DNA of 64,000 bases from Bilabrum cf. latius (Eukaryota): the NCBI GenBank assembly GCA_965178125.1, contig OZ237737.1, positions 806,001 through 870,000 of the forward strand, written 5' to 3'. Position 1 is the first letter of the stretch. Each line of letters starts with the position of its first letter. Of this stretch, positions 63,001 to 64,000 are shown in pieces. The notes beneath the pieces are model-generated. The model worked only from the letters and a program-made list of their open reading frames with translations. It was not told where the DNA came from and did no database searches. The translations under genes and the position numbers were made by a program.

Positions 63001-64000
63001 ACGTGCGATGGTGCCGAGACGTACATGGGCGAGGGCGAGGCCTTCACGAACAGCACTGACCCGTCTAGCCCGAGTCCCCAGTCCGTGACGTGGAGCCACA
63101 CGACCGTGGAGATGACCATCCCCGAGGGCATCGGATACCGTGTGGTGCTGCTGGCCGCTCGTGGTGGCGCACTGGCCTCTCTGGAGCCGCAGGCATCGAC
63201 CTTCACTCCTTCGGGTGTGATCATCCCTGGATGGAACGATCCAGACACGACACCTGCCTTGGTGCCCCGCGCCGTGCCTCTGCGGTTCGCGCCTCCTCAG
63301 CTGAGCGGTCTGACGTACTACGTGCCCGAGGGCGAGGCCACTGGCGAGGACGTGGGCGAGGATGCACTGACTCGCATGAGCGCCGCACATACTCGCGGAT
63401 CGACCGTGGTGCTGGAGGGCCGCAGCTTCGGCCCCGACACCGTACTGGACGAGCTGACCAACTCGGAGACCGAGGACGTGTTCCAGGAGCTGGCCCAGCC
63501 GCGCAGCCTGCCTCTGGGTGCCGCGCACCGTGCGCCCATGGACCATGTGCGTGTGCTTGTCGGTGGTGGCTGCCGCACGGACAGCATGGAGTGGTCTGCG
63601 ACGAGTGTGGACGTGCGCCGCGACGTGGTGGACGGGCTGATCCCTGCCCATTGGGCTGCCGAGGACGAGGTGATCCAGGAGGTGCGCAGCTGCATGCCTC
63701 GTGGCGTGGAGGAGCGCACTGACACGAGCATGCGTGTGGTTGTGCCGCCTGGTGTGGGAGCCAGCAAGCAGGTGTCTGTGGAGGTGGTGCGCGCTGCACC
63801 TCTCCGCCTGAGTCCGTCTCTGGTGGTGCCCATGTCGCAGGCACCCCCCCTGTCGTCGTCCAGCTCTGGCTCATCCATGGTGACGTACGAGTACCGTGAC
63901 CCGGAGCCTACCCGTGTGGATCCTGGCTACATGTACATCACGAACTCTGCCCAGATCGGAGCCGCTGCCGAGCCCGAGGACATCGTGGTGTTCGGACGGT
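54020..64000 (+). CDS. Giant surface receptor, paralogue B of the 35691-48489 gene; runs off the right edge
   Basis: ATG 54020 MLRMTAGLALAATLVAAAFAQLVPDKALGSKMVDFWD, with the first introns in the same positions as paralogue A. Main exon starts at 55207; in-frame TAG at 54336 and 56962. From 56965 to the edge the frame is open and mirrors paralogue A (absent from the ORF track, which has no stop to close it). Confidence 0.9.
56298..64000 (+). repeat. Copy 2 of the near-identical segmental duplication
   Basis: Matches 37920-45622 with scattered, mostly synonymous substitutions and no visible indels. Confidence 0.95.

Noticed and set aside
58435-63651. Long antisense ORFs (771 aa and 533 aa, and similar ones at 38278-39945 and 45493-47418)
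   Set aside because: These are shadow frames produced by the strong GC3 bias of the sense CDS; the His/Val/Gly-rich translations have no domain features.
1-64000. tRNA-Gln(CUA), eRF1, CRISPR arrays, transposons or endogenous viral elements
   Set aside because: I recognised none by eye. A tRNA in the short intergenic regions cannot be excluded without tRNAscan-SE.

Overview
GC-rich, gene-dense eukaryotic nuclear DNA with short GT-AG introns. Composition and gene content suggest a heterotrophic protist, possibly a stramenopile, but the window cannot prove the taxon. It holds ten protein-coding genes. Four encode giant surface proteins containing cadherin domains, two of them a recent duplicate pair offset by 18,378 bp. 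The other six are a type II pantothenate kinase, an alpha/beta hydrolase, a SEP/SHP/UBX-like p97 cofactor, a divergent eEF2-like GTPase with a dsRBM-like insert, a CTL/SLC44 transporter and a FOXRED2-like flavoprotein. The main result is a non-standard nuclear genetic code. About 50 in-frame TAG codons interrupt otherwise intact reading frames in 9 of the 10 genes. TAG swaps with CAG at three aligned positions between the two paralogues and sits at conserved Gln positions, while all eight visible gene ends use TAA or TGA. The best reading is UAG=Gln with UAA and UGA kept as stops, an uncoupled reassignment. The supplied standard-code ORF track therefore fragments nearly every gene.
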